Assembly: GCF_018350175.1 (NCBI RefSeq)
Contig: NC_058368.1
Location: 209,810,001 to 209,874,000 of the forward strand
Source: Felis catus
Taxonomy: Eukaryota
Direction of reading: 5' to 3'
Length of the DNA stretch: 64,000 nucleotides
Both the position numbers and the translations under genes were made by a program. Below, in pieces: positions 50,771 through 63,826 of this stretch. Within the stretch, counting starts at the first letter, position 1. The number at the start of each line of letters is the position of its first letter. The notes beneath the pieces are model-generated. The model saw nothing but the letters and a program-made list of their open reading frames with translations. It was not told the origin of the DNA and did no database searches.

Positions 50771-51656
50771 AGGATACAAAACATTTCCAACATAAGACGT
50801 GGCTTGATTCAAATTAATAAACTGGAAAAAGAAAGGGAGAAAAGAAATGGGGCTATTTGAAAATGGACTAGATAACATTATTAAGAGATTATTGTTAATT
50901 TCTAAACAAATGATAACGGGCATTATTATGTTTTGGGAAAAGAATTCTCTTTTTAGACATAAGTGATTCTACCAGAAACTACTTTCCCTCACACTATAGA
51001 AAGTCCCTATCCTGTATCAAGGAGAAAAGTCTTTCGTTCTCATCCCAGAGCTAGAGGTCAAGGTAGAAAAAGTGAACAAGTTCATCTAACATTTAATCTT
51101 ATTTCCCCACCTGTCTCTGCACTAAGACTTGCATGCCCCATATAAAAACAGTGAGGTAGGCTGACATTCCTAGACTTGACTTTCAGTTTACCCAGTAGTT
51201 TATTCCTGAAAAGAAACTGAAAGTGAAATCAATAACCCTAAAGGTTTTGAAGTAAATTTTAAATGCACTACAGTAATCCATGATGGAGCATTTTATAATT
51301 CATTAGTTTTGAAAAATGCACAGTTATTCTCAATTGGGAAGACACATCTTTCTCAAGGGTCGGGAAGAGGAGAAAATGAATATCAGGGTATCGGAAAAAT
51401 CTTTAGGGCCCTTTTAAACTACACAAGTTTACGTAGCTCCTTCTGCTCCCCCCACACCAAAAACAGACACAACAAAACAAACAAATATATTAGCTACTAT
51501 TAATCCCTAAGAAGAGCGAGTTTTATCCCTCAAGTAGGTTGGAACTGGACAGATTTTGAGAACCATTCATCTGGACTTTCCTTTAGGATATTTTTTCCAA
51601 GTGAACTCTACCTTGATCTTTCAACAGTCGGAAATTGTTTTAGAACAAATCTACTG

Positions 51657-51882
51657 GGGGCGCCTGGGTGGCGCAGTCGGTTAAGCGTCCGACTTCAGCC
51701 AGGTCACGATCTCGCGGTCTGTGAGTTCGAGCCCCGCGTCGGGCTCTGGGCTGATGGCTCAGAGCCTGGAGCCTGTTTCCGATTCTGTGTCTCCCTCTCT
51801 CTCTGCCCCTTGCCCGTTCATGCTCTGTCTCTCTCTGTCCCAAAAATAAATAAACGTTGAAAAAAAAATTTTTTTAAAAAAA
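51657..51882 (+). mobile_element. Young Can-SINE (SINEC_Fc)
   Basis: Near-consensus, CpG-rich; perfect TSD agaacaaatctactgg. Confidence 0.95.
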
Positions 51883-51923
51883 GAACAAATCTACTGGAAT
51901 GAAGTTCCTGAAGGAGATAGGAG

Positions 51924-51925
<2 letters not shown>

Positions 51926-51984
<59 letters not shown>

Positions 51985-51988
51985 TTTT
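51926..51988. repeat. (AT)n directly followed by poly-T
   Basis: Direct reading of the sequence. Confidence 0.9.
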
Positions 51989-53022
51989 AAACAAATAATG
52001 AACTACAGATAGGATAGAGCCCTGTTCTTTGTGACACTTTTCAGTCTCGATCTTAGGAATCAACAGAAGATAGGATTGTTTTTTTCTTCAAGAATCCTTA
52101 AAATAGGAATTTAAGCCAATTGTCCATTATTTCCTGATAGAGATAAAAAATACAGAGACTCTTTTACCCATGAGCTCATTAGATAAGTTCATTCAGCTAG
52201 GATTGACTTGGTGACTTTTATAATTAAGCACACATAAAGACTATAATAACTGAACTGTACAATTAGGGCTGTTCATTATATGTATGTAAAAGTGTATATT
52301 TGCGGTGTTTCTTTTGAATGGTTTTTTGTTTTCATATTTTTTCCTTCTGTTGAAATCTTAGTAACCCTTGAACCACAGGTCATTTATGCAGCTGGAGTCA
52401 TGAGAGATCAAATCCTGCACTTTCGACATTGCGTCTTTCGACAATGTATGTGGTTGAAAGGAAGAAGAGAGAGAATACTCGTCTGTAAAGACCAGTAACA
52501 CAGTGGGCCTGCTCATGCTTAAAGAAGTTCTTTTCAAGCCCCTTTCCTGATGAGGTCGCACTTTTTGAATGTGGATTTCAGCTATCTGTACATGTGGCAG
52601 GCTGGTATCAGTAGCTCAGTGTCACAAGAAGGCCAAAGGGTTTATCCTCCAAGAATGCCACGATTGTGAACAAAGCCCATAGAAACCATGAATACCTTCT
52701 CAGGGGAACCAAACACTGTAAAAGCCAAACACTCAGATTGCACAGAGGGGGAGACAGTATGAGATACAGTACAGAATACATTGGGAAGTTGTTCTAAGAT
52801 CTGATTAATTATGGGGAGCAAAAATGGTAGATTTTGCAGGCTCAAATTAATTTAATGTGTTCCAAATTATATTAGTCATCAGTAAAAATCTCTTATTGAC
52901 ACAAAACTCAAAATTCCTTGAAAAGGTTCTAAATTAAATTTTTGAAACTTAACTTTGTTGCTCAGAGTGGCTAGTCTCATCTGTATATAAAATGATCAAA
53001 TATACAGATCTTTTAAAATTTC

Positions 53023-53251
53023 TTTTTTTAAAAAAAAATTTTTTTTTTCAACATTTATTTATTTTTGGGACAGAAAGAGACAGAGCATGAACGGGGGAGG
53101 GGCAGAGAGAGAGGGAGACACAGAATCGGAAACAGGCTCCAGGCTCTGAGCCATCAGCCCAGAGCCTGACGCGGGGCTCGAACTCACGGACCGCGAGATC
53201 GTGACCTGGCTGAAGTCGGACGCTTAACCGACTGCGCCACCCAGGGGCCCC
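53023..53251 (-). mobile_element. Young Can-SINE (SINEC_Fc)
   Basis: Near-consensus; TSD agat(c/t)ttttaaaatttc. Confidence 0.95.
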
Positions 53252-54775
53252 GAGATTTTTTAAAATTTCAACATGGAGACAGTGCATTAATTTTTAGAAA
53301 GTTAATGATGGAAAGGTATTTAGAGGAATACAATACTATTTCCTACACATCTATGTGTTTGATCCTCAAAATAAAAAGGGATAAATACAAACCAAATGGT
53401 AAGTCTGAAGTTGATTAATGCCTTAATTGAAAGAAAATTCTAAGCGATCACACAGAAATGCAGAATATCATACATTAATCCTAATTTTATAACGCTATAG
53501 AAAATAATAGACAATTCAAATAGCAGGATTCTAAATGCTCACCATAAACCCATAGCTCTCACAGCCCATTTTAGCCTTCTCCACATAAAGGCTGGCATAA
53601 ATTAAAAACAAGAAACAAAAAAAAGCCATGAAGCTGCTGTGATACATTGTGATAAAAGAAACCACTCTCTTGTACCACATAATAATGGTTATGACTGCTG
53701 CCTTTTCTCAAAAACGGATTTCAGTTATAAAAATAAAATAAAATGGATAATTGGAGTCTGGATGTTGGTTAAGAAAATAGCCTTTCGGTCAAAATTGGAC
53801 CACAATCTGCCTTTTTCTGGTGCTGACCAAAAATCTCTTTCCATGAAAGAAACACTGATTTTACCTTAACTTTTATATACTCTTCAGTGTAAGTGGACCA
53901 ATGGGTAGATTGGCAGGAATATTGTACCAAAGTAAAATTGATTAAATTTGCCTTAATGGATTTGATCTCTGTTCCTCTCTCTCTCATCTCTCTCTCTCTC
54001 TTTGCTGAGCAAAGTTTGGAATTCTGAATGCCAAAGAAAATGTTTACTTAACAAAAGATACGTTTGAATTTGAGTATATCTTGGTTGAATGTCAAAAATG
54101 AAAACATTTATTTGGAAGGATTGAGTATGCTTCGCTCCAGAGAAATTCATGGCAGCTAATTTTGCCTTTTGGGCATTAAAATTAATTAAATTATTTCATT
54201 CAAGTCCCCTTACAAAGTTGTATTATGACTGGCATGTGGCTGAAAATGGAAATTGGTTAACAGCGAGTGTTTGCTGAGTACTCACAGGATTCATAAAATA
54301 TTTTAAGAGGAAAATGGTCAAATTAGATTCTTACTTGAAACTACCACGGAAGAACTACATTTTTCCAATAGGCTAATTAAAGAAGACAAATGAAAGTTAA
54401 ACCTTAGCCATGCAGAATCATGCAGCTTTCTTTGCATCTCTTGTGTGAGTATGATGTGGGCAGAGTCTAATTCCATCACAATTCTTGACAAATACGTATT
54501 TTGTAACATGATGTCATCTGGGATGTATAGTTTATCAGAATAGATGCATTTTTGGGCTGTGGACAGAGATGATTTCAGTGAGAAACACCCCATGGGACCA
54601 GTTCTATCCCTAAGTCTTTTATCCCAATAGCACAATGAACACGGGGTGATCTGTGGTTCTTTAAAATTTTTGCCTTTGCCTCTGCTTCCCTCGCGGACAC
54701 TATTTGTACTCCCCCTTGCAGGAATTACTTGTACCTGCAGAGTTTCAAGAGATCTTTTTGTCCCTCAAAAATTCC

Positions 54776-55004
54776 TTTTTTTTTTTTTTTAATTTTTTTT
54801 TCAACGTTTATTTATTTTTGGGACAGAAAGAGACAGAGCATGAACGGGGGAGGGGCAGAGAGAGAGGGAGACACAGAATCGGAAACAGGCTCCAGGCTCT
54901 GAGCCGTCAGCCCAGAGCCCGACGCGGGGCTCGAACTCACGGACCGCGAGATCGTGACCTGGCTGAAGTCGGACGCTTAACCGACTGCGCCACCCAGGCG
55001 CCCC
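54776..55004 (-). mobile_element. Young Can-SINE (SINEC_Fc)
   Basis: Near-consensus; TSD aaaaattccttttt. Confidence 0.95.
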
Positions 55005-57279
55005 AAAAATTCCTTTTTTGAGCAGTATTCATGAGTAAAGTGAGTAATTTCTATTTCTTGAAATAAAAAATATTGAAGTAGAAAGTTTTCAAAGACTTAG
55101 GAACCACTCGGTGGAATTTTCTCCTTAAAGAGACCACAAATATGATGCCACAAATTGTTTTCCTTCTAATATCCAATTCCCTTTTCCCAGTAGGCAGGTT
55201 AGATTGCCATTGTCAACGTGGACAACTGCTCCACAGCACTGTGTGGGGGAGTGGGGCCGGGGACACCTACAGAGGAGGCTGACTACGCAGCTTAATCAAA
55301 GTGGAGGCACACTGTCTGCCTTCATGAAGCTTGCATTTGGAGAGGCCACTCTGGCTCTGAGCCGCCAAAAGCAAATCACAGGGCAGGGGAATAAAGCCAA
55401 CACACATACCAGAGTGTGGTTTTGTCCAACCACAGGGGGCAGACATTACTGAACAATGTCTAACATTTAGATTTCCAAAAAGCTTGGGATATTTTGTTTA
55501 TTTTTCGAGGGTTTTAATCTTATGCCCCTTGTGTGGATTTCAACACAGAAAGGATAATCTGAAACAGCAAAATAAACAGAGGAAACCAATTGTTAGTGAA
55601 AAAAACCCAGCCCTTGTTATCAAGGATAGTTCATGTAATACTCTATCGGTGTTCTTTACAATTCCAGAGTTCCTTTGGTCAGACCAAAAATCCACCCTGT
55701 GTCCAGCAGCAGCACCCATGTTGCCCTTCTTGCTGGTAACTTCAAAAGACCCAACCATCTTTCGTTTTCCTTGAATAATATCGTTTTATTCTTTTGTAAA
55801 AAGTGTTCAGTGGCTTAAATTTAACTTATACCGAAGAGTCTTCAGGGGGTTTCTTTAATGAAACACAAAGGAATGACTTACAACTAACTCATACATTATG
55901 TCTACCTCTGTAAAAGGATGTCAACATCAACACAAGAAGTTGCTTGGGCTGTAACCCTATTCAGGCATAAAAGTTAGCAATAATCAGGATCATGACAAAT
56001 CAGCTCATCAAGCAAAAGTAAAACTCACTGCTGGGAGTTCAAGAAATTAGGTGGAAGCTGAATAAAACAATCCTCCAAGTGACTGAGAACGGCCAGTTGC
56101 AAACTTCATTCTGGCTCTTCCAGGTCAAGAGGCAGGAGAAGTAATTCTTCAAAGATGCAGAGTTAAGATTTGGATTTGAGATCTCACTAGTGCTTGACAA
56201 AGGGGGGTGCCCCCAAAACACAATTACAGGGACTCTTGTTGCATCCCCCAAGTGCAGACACCTCAGGAGAGCAAACATTTACTTTCTGAATGGAAAACAA
56301 TTCACCTGGAATTATAGCTCACAGTCGAAAGAATGATAAGAAATATGTAATTCAATAGTATTGTAAAAGATCTGAACAGAATTCTCACCACCGGGGCAGG
56401 AGGCATTCTGTAAATCAAGATGTACCAGGCCACTGACTAGGGGGTTGTGTCAGCACCTCCGTCTTCGCATCCGCACTCCTTGAGTCGGTGGGGAGGGGGG
56501 TGGGGGGGGGGGGTTGGGGCTCGACTCTGTCATCCAGAGGTTCTCTTGCTTCAGTCTGTGTCTTCCTCAACCTCACCCCCAACCACGTCTTCAGCACAAC
56601 CACTGGGGCGGCTGAGGAATGTGTCGATTTAGAAGAGATTATCTGATCACTGCCTTGGAGAACTTACATTCTGCTCACCCAAGTATCTATACTCCATATC
56701 TCCAAAAGTGAAAATTAGGCATGGGGAGAAAGTTCTCTGACCCAAGCAGTCTGTTCAAAGCTTTGTGTTAAAACTCTAGCCGTGGTAGGTTAGAACAAGG
56801 AGCAAACAACCGTTTAGAATGCGTCTTCCAAAAGAATTGACATTAAGAGGTTACACCTGATTTAAGAAAAAATTTAAATTGTGTTAAAAATCATATAGAA
56901 TTTACCATCTTAACTCTTTGAAAATGTATAGTTCAGTCGTGTTAAGTATATTCACATTGTTGTGTCACCTGACATTTTAAAAATTAACTTTATTTTTATT
57001 CACTATAACTCAAGAAATAAACACATTGTATTTTAATGTAGCCAAAAGTTATAACTGATTAGTCTACATACATTTTAAGGGATTTCAATAATATTTTAAC
57101 ATAGCCAAAGACTTAATATTTGAATTTTTCTCTTTTTGAAATGAAAATGCATAATTATAATGCCCAGACTACATATCTTATGACTTCAGAAGTTTTAGCT
57201 AAAATATGAATCTTTACAGGTAAAAGCAAAAAACAACAACAATAAAAAAACAAAAAACAAAAAAACCCACCCCCTCAAC

Positions 57280-57960
57280 CCAAGGAATAGCAAATGCTGA
57301 CAAGAATGTGGAGTAATTAGAACTCTCATATACTGTTGGCGGGGATGTGAAACAGTGCAACTACTACAGAAAACAGTCTGACAGTGTTTCAAAAGATCAC
57401 GCAGAGTTACCATATGATTTAGCAATTCTGCTTCAAGGTATATACCCAAGAGAAATAAAAACATATGCCCATAAATGTCGTTAGCAACATTATTCATTAT
57501 AGCAAAAAAAAAAAAAAAAAAAAAGTGAACAACTCAAATGTCCACCAACTAATAAATGGATAAAGACACTGTGGTATGTCCATATAATGGGATATTATGT
57601 GGCCATAAAAGGGAATGAAATACTAATACACGTGACAACATGGACGAACTTTGAAGATATACTAAGTGAAAGAAGCCAGTCACAGAGGACCATATACTGT
57701 AAAATCCCATGTAAACGAAATGTCTTGAATACACAGATCTGTAGAGAAAGAAAATAGATTGGTGTTTCCTAGGGCTGGGGAAATGGGATAATTAGGGGAT
57801 GATGGCTAAGGAGTGTGGGGTTTCTTTTTGGGGTGATGAAATGTTCAAAAATGGATTATGGTGATAGATGCACAACTCTGAATACACTAAAAGCCATTGA
57901 ATTACACACACAAAGTGCATGCATATGAACTGCATCTCAATAAAACTATTAAAAAAAAAT
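57280..57960 (+). mobile_element. Old L1 (L1MB-like) 3' end
   Basis: caaatgctgacaagaatgtggag…gagttaccatatg…aaatggataaa…gaaagaagccagtcac…ggggtttctttttggggtgatgaaatgttc…tctcaataaa. Confidence 0.8.
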
Positions 57961-57975
57961 AGCGCCATCTTAAAA

Positions 57976-58085
57976 GGGGCGCTAGGCTGCTTCAGTCCGA
58001 AGAGCACACGACTCCTGATCTTGGAGTCATGAGTTCAAGCCCCATGTTGGGTGTAGAGATTACTTAAAAATAAAATCTTAAAAAA
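57976..58085 (+). mobile_element. Short old-type Can-SINE
   Basis: ggggcgct…gagttcaagccccatgttgggtgtagagattacttaaaaataaaatc. Confidence 0.8.
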
Positions 58086-58234
58086 CAAACAAATCAGTAA
58101 GTGTCTCTTTGAAATAAGATAAGCATAAATCTACCAATACCAATAAGTAATTTTAGGGGCTTCATAGAAATAAAAGAACCCCCTTCATAAAATGGCGTCT
58201 ATCATTTTATGTATATAAGTACGCATGTATGTAT

Positions 58235-58323
58235 GTAATCTCTACACCCAACATGGGGCTCAGACTCACGACCCCCACATCAAGAGTTACATGCTCCTCC
58301 AACTTAGCCAGCCAGATGCCCCT
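58235..58323 (-). mobile_element. Short old-type Can-SINE
   Basis: Reverse complement of the same family as 57976-58085. Confidence 0.8.
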
Positions 58324-58871
58324 AGCTCCTCTCATTCTAAGGAACAAGGAGAAGGTTAGTGGTGGGTGGTAATGTTTTGCAGCAAGAGTCTCTAGCAGTT
58401 GAAAGTCTGATAACACGTTGTGATGTAACCGTCGTTCACATAAGCAAAGTGTGCTTACGTGTATATGCAGCACTTCTCAGGCACCTAACCTCACTTGGTA
58501 GTTGTTAAATTACTGTTCAGATGTTTATTTGATAGGAAATTATATAAAAACTTCAAGCCATGTTCCCATTGGATACCTGTGTTGTAAGAAAAACCCGAAT
58601 GTTTTCTCCTAAAATCAAATGCTGCTGGGTGCTCAATTCAAAGGGAAAAGCAATGAACAGATTAAAGTCCGTAGATTGAATTCTCTCAGTTTTAAGATTT
58701 TCCGCCAAAAAGTTTTCTTAAGCCTTTCTTAACTTCTACTGATCTGAATGCTAGCAGATAAAAGGGCTTGAAAACCATAAACTATTATATCTATATGGTA
58801 TCAGAGGATTTAAAATTGCCAATCATGCTTAGGTTTAATAGCTTATACTGTACATGGAAATATGTTGTTAG

Positions 58872-59102
58872 TTTTTTATTTTTATTTTTTATTAAAAAAA
58901 TTTTTTTAAGTTTATTTATTTACTTTGAGGGTGACAGAGATAGCACAAGTGGGAGAGGGGCAGAGAGAGAGGGAAAGAGACAATCCCAAGCAGGCTCTGC
59001 ACTGCCAGCACAGAGCCCAACGTGGGGCTCGAACCGTGAGTTCATGACCTGAGCTGAAACCAAGAGTCAGACCCTTAACCAACTGAGCCACCCAGGCGCC
59101 CC
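58872..59102 (-). mobile_element. Can-SINE
   Basis: Full-length body ending caggcgcccc. Confidence 0.9.
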
Positions 59103-60938
59103 ATACAGTTTTGCCCTTATACTGCGTAAGAGTCACACTATCTCATAGTAAATGTGTTCCTATATCATATAGAATTTAATATGTAAACATTTTTCACGTG
59201 CCCATAAAAGCGTTATGAATTTTCGTTTTGTTATTTCTAAATGTGATTAAGAACCACTACATTGCCTGGCTCTAAAACTATGTTCAGAGTCCATGCCAAA
59301 AAGGAATGCTTGCAGATATGTCATTAAACATATGTCTCAAGAGAAGACTCCTGAAGTTGATTCTAAAACAAACAAACAAAAACATGGCAAGAGTCCAGGA
59401 TGGAAGCTACTAATGTTTCCATTTTTTCTTAAATATTTAGTGTGTACTCTGATATTAAGGATTTTTTTCTTGTTATGTATCCCTATATTATAATTTGGGA
59501 AACTTTTGTGACATACTTTTAGGTAAATGGCTTTAAAATAATGAAACTTCACCTCTTAGCACAAACACCTTTAAGAACACTGCATTCACATTACAGCTTA
59601 CTTACAAATAATCTAGTAGAAAAACAAATTCTGGAAAAGTTGTAAATTAAAAGAGTTACCAACAGCTGAGGCACTGCACTGTAAGACTACAGTACTTTTT
59701 TGAGTTAGAAGGACTTTGGAAAAAAGAACAAACATACAAAGCTATGTGTGCACGTATATATATTGTGTTCATATTGTGCTCTAAGGAAAAATTGTGCCCC
59801 CAAATTTCATAGCATAAGCATCTACTGCATCATCCCCTACTAAAGACATGTCATGCTCTGGCTGCAGAAGGGTTTTGGTAATTCATGTAAAACACCGGTA
59901 GAGAAGTCTGTACCACGAATGGAAGGAAAGTAAGGAGCTTGGTTGGCAAAACTGTCTTCAAGTGATTGACAGCTCTTGGGGTATATGTGTGTATGTTGAG
60001 GGATGGCATAGGATATTAAAGAAACATAAAATATGTATCATCTTAAAATATTATACTTGTCTTATGTCTTCTTTGCCTTCAGAAATGTAATGAAATTTCT
60101 GGCATGTGCTTCAAAATAATCCAGTAGTGGGACAGAGTGTAGATCGGGGAGGGGATCCAGGGATATTACAGATGAAACAAGATTGTGTGTGTATATATAC
60201 AGATATTTTTTCTGGAAAGTACTGACAAGTTCTGGTAATATGGATGCTGTCTTAGCAGGCTGGATCTAGGAGACCTGTCTTGTTCTTCCTATAGAATTCT
60301 TCCTAAGACATTAGCCAACAGCTCCTTCTGATTTGTTTACTCATCTCTAGAATCAAAGAACTCAGACACTGGCCACCTTTCCTGCAGTACCCTGTGAAAG
60401 GAAACCCCCTTAGTAATTTAGGGGAATTTTCTTTCCTCTGAAGAAAACTTGGGTAGAAACTCAAGCAATTGTTTAAAATACATACATACATACACACACA
60501 GATGGCAAAACCTCTTTCCCCACATGAGGAAGTCCTGGAAACAAACATCTGAAAACAGTGTTACACAGATATTGTAGATATTGATGGGTTAGTAAGACAA
60601 GTGTGATCACGGTTGTGTGCTGCCTTGCAACCTGGGGATCTGAGACTATTGCAAACATTTTCTCCATGAGGCAGCTAAAAAGTTTTAAAAAGGTTTTAAA
60701 AACGTAAAAACAAATTCTGGAAAAGTCATAAAACTAGATTCCAGCCAGAAACAAAATTGGCTAGATAATTCCAGCAGATCAATCCTCCAGCAGAGAGTAA
60801 TCCCATCACAAAATCTTCTTTCTGCTTATCAGGAGATGCTCTCTAAACACTGAACAGAGAGATGACAGGATACTTAGCGTGCCCTGGAGACATACAATCC
60901 ATGATATTGTCACAGAAAGTCTTGTCTGGCTGTAGAAA

Positions 60939-60941
<3 letters not shown>

Positions 60942-60984
<43 letters not shown>
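60942..60984. repeat. (TG)n microsatellite
   Basis: Direct reading of the sequence. Confidence 0.9.
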
Positions 60985-60985
<1 letters not shown>

Positions 60986-61399
60986 TGTTTATGATAGACA
61001 TTCCAGCATCTTTTTACTTGGCTTTCTGGGACACAGACAAGTCTTTCATAATGGAACACAGGTACCCAAACATTTTCAGGGTATGCGGTTCTCCTAGCAG
61101 AAGTCTATTCAAATGAGAATCAATAGACTGACTGTCTTTGTGTTTGGGAGTACTTTCATGTTTTGCTCTGTATATTTCTATATTGTTTTGCTCATACAAA
61201 TGGTAAGCATTCATTTTATTTAAGTGAGTTTAACTAAAATCATATGGAATAAATAATGAACCTATGTCTTTGGGAGCATATATTAGTAGGGGTGAGGGAA
61301 AAACCAGAAAGAGCTTCCTGGAAGATGGGGTATCTGAACTAATAAGGTATAGCCTCAGTGGTCATACCTGCAAAGAACGATTCGAGAAAAACTGTAAAG

Positions 61400-61560
61400 C
61401 GGTGGTCCTCAACCCTGGGTGCCCAGTAAAATCACCTGGAGCACTATAGAGAAACATCAATTCTCAAGCCCCATTTCAGACCAATTGATTGAAGAATTTG
61501 CGGGGAGGGTAGGGGTGGGTGATGGCCAGGGGACTACGTCCCGTGCAGTGTAATTAACCT
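61400..61560. mobile_element. MER5-like hAT relic
   Basis: gtggtcctcaaccctgggtgc…aatcacctggag…cagaccaatt pattern. Confidence 0.5.
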
Positions 61561-62840
61561 GGATGGGACAGTACAGACTCTCAGAATGTGAACTGCAGAA
61601 GTGAGAGGTGCGTAAGATGACGTGTCGCTGTGGAAACACCCCTGCCCCCAGCCCCCACCCATGACTTCCAGTCCTTGACCATAAATCTCCAGTCAGCATT
61701 TATCTGGTAACTTACTCTCTTGGAAGCCATTATTGATTGCATGAACAGAAGAAAAACATCTATTCCCAATGCCTCCCACAGATCTATAGTTCTACAGTGG
61801 TTTGAGGAAATCATTAGATTGGTAATATAAGGGGGAAAAATCTTATTTTTCTTAGAGAATGGTTCAATTTTAAAGGAAGCTTTTAAAATTTCCTTCTTTT
61901 TTTTTTTTAAAAGAGACTTTCAAAAATTTCCGACAACACAGAACTGATCAAAACCACAGGTTAAGTTGAAAATGCTGCAATTTATAGATAAGAGCTCCCA
62001 CCTCATGCAGACCCAAGCCTTCTGGAAAGTTGCATCTGACACAGAGCCTTGAGCCTGTGGCCTCTGATCTTTCAGCTCAAGAACTGTTCCATTTTTACCA
62101 CAAACATATTTTCACAGGCATTCATTTCTGAGGGGTTAGGTGATCACAGGCTGAACTCTTCTGGGCCAATGGTTTGATACAACAGCTGAACAAAACCCAG
62201 CCAGTATGATCAGAGGGTTAGGTCCATGTCCCTGTCCCTACCCAGTCATATGACATGTGGAGCACTGAGTTCAATTCTGGGAGTGGGTGGGGTCCAAGGG
62301 AGGGCAACCAGAGTGGTGAAGGATTGGGACACTTGGCCTGTGTTTAGGGGTCTTTTGACTGGAAGAACTCTCATCCTTCATTGTTCCATGTGGCACAATT
62401 AGGACTAGTGGGCAGACCTCACAGGAGACAGATTTTAGCTCAACAGTTTGGACCATCTGAGAGTGGAATGTTCAGGTGGCAGCTGACAGCCACCTTCTGG
62501 AGGTGTGGAGGGGGGATTCCTGCCCTGGGTGCCACGCTGTATGGTGTCCCCTCTGCCTGCCTTCCAGCTAGGACAGCTTCAGGTCTCCTGGCTCGCCTCC
62601 CTGTAAGCTGAATGGCTCCCCTCTGAAAGGGAAAGTTTTTGTGGTCAAAACCCTGTCAGGAGACTCTTCTCTCAGACTTCCCATCTGTGAGGCCACATTC
62701 CCAGGGCGTGATTTTTACTGGGAAACCCACAGGGCCCCACCCCTGGCTCTTACTGCATTTAATGGTGCAAGAGTCAGGTGTGAGGAAAACAATGAGGAGC
62801 AACAATTAACAAATGCTCCTTCTCTCCGGCTGACAGAGTT

Positions 62841-62882
62841 GTTTCCTGCCAGGGAGCACTGGTTTCCTGCTAGGGAGCACTC
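62841..62882. repeat. 21-bp tandem duplication
   Basis: gtttcctgccagggagcactg followed by gtttcctgctagggagcactc. Confidence 0.85.
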
Positions 62883-63786
62883 GTTTCTGGAACACCGGAG
62901 AGTCTGGAACAGGGATGCTCCCATTGCTCCCTGCATACTTTGGGCTCATCCTGCCTGGGTCACCACTGCCTCCTCATATTGCAGTCACAAGTCTATCTCC
63001 CAACCAGACTTTGAACTTCTTGAAGTCAGGGGCCTTGTCGTCTTCATTTTGGTATCTTTAGGTCCTAGAAAAGTGGCTGGCACATAAAAAGCCTCTACAA
63101 ATGCTTACTGGATGAAGCTGTCTGTAATAGAAAGGTAGACTTTTTCTGAGGTAGCCAGACTTAAATGATTTGGTCTACATCTCAACAAAACCCCAAATCC
63201 ACTAACATTTTTTAAAATAAGTTTTTAAAAATAATTACTCGGATTTCCTTTCAATATGGTGCCAAAAAAAAAAAAAAAGGCCAGGTGATCTCTACCCCAT
63301 GGATGGGTCTTCCCATTATATTCTACCACTTTCTTTTCTAGATGGACATTACTTGCCTACTTTCCAATGTTTCTAAGCAGCTCTAGACAGAAAACAAAGC
63401 AGGACCAGCCTATTGGCTTCAGATGAGCTGGGCTGAAGCTTCTTTCTGGCTGGCTTGTTTCAAGGCCACCACAAAGACTTTTCACGTGTTGAGACAGAGA
63501 CTCAGTTTGTCTAAAGGTCTAGTTTGCCGGAAAAGCTCTGCTTCCTGCGTGTGGAATTCGCTGCCCTGTGGATTCCAGGGTGCCACACACTGGGCCCCAG
63601 TGTCTCAGGAAAGACTGGGATGGAGAGTTGTATAACCAATGAAAATATTTAGAATTATGCAGCTGTGATAAGGTAATCACATCCCACGCTGCAGGGCAGA
63701 AAGTAATCCCCTCCAGCGGTGAGGAAGGAATTCTCTCTGGCTCCCATGTTGTTACTCGATTACCTTCATGGTTTCTTCCATTTACC

Positions 63787-63787
63787 T

Positions 63788-63826
<39 letters not shown>

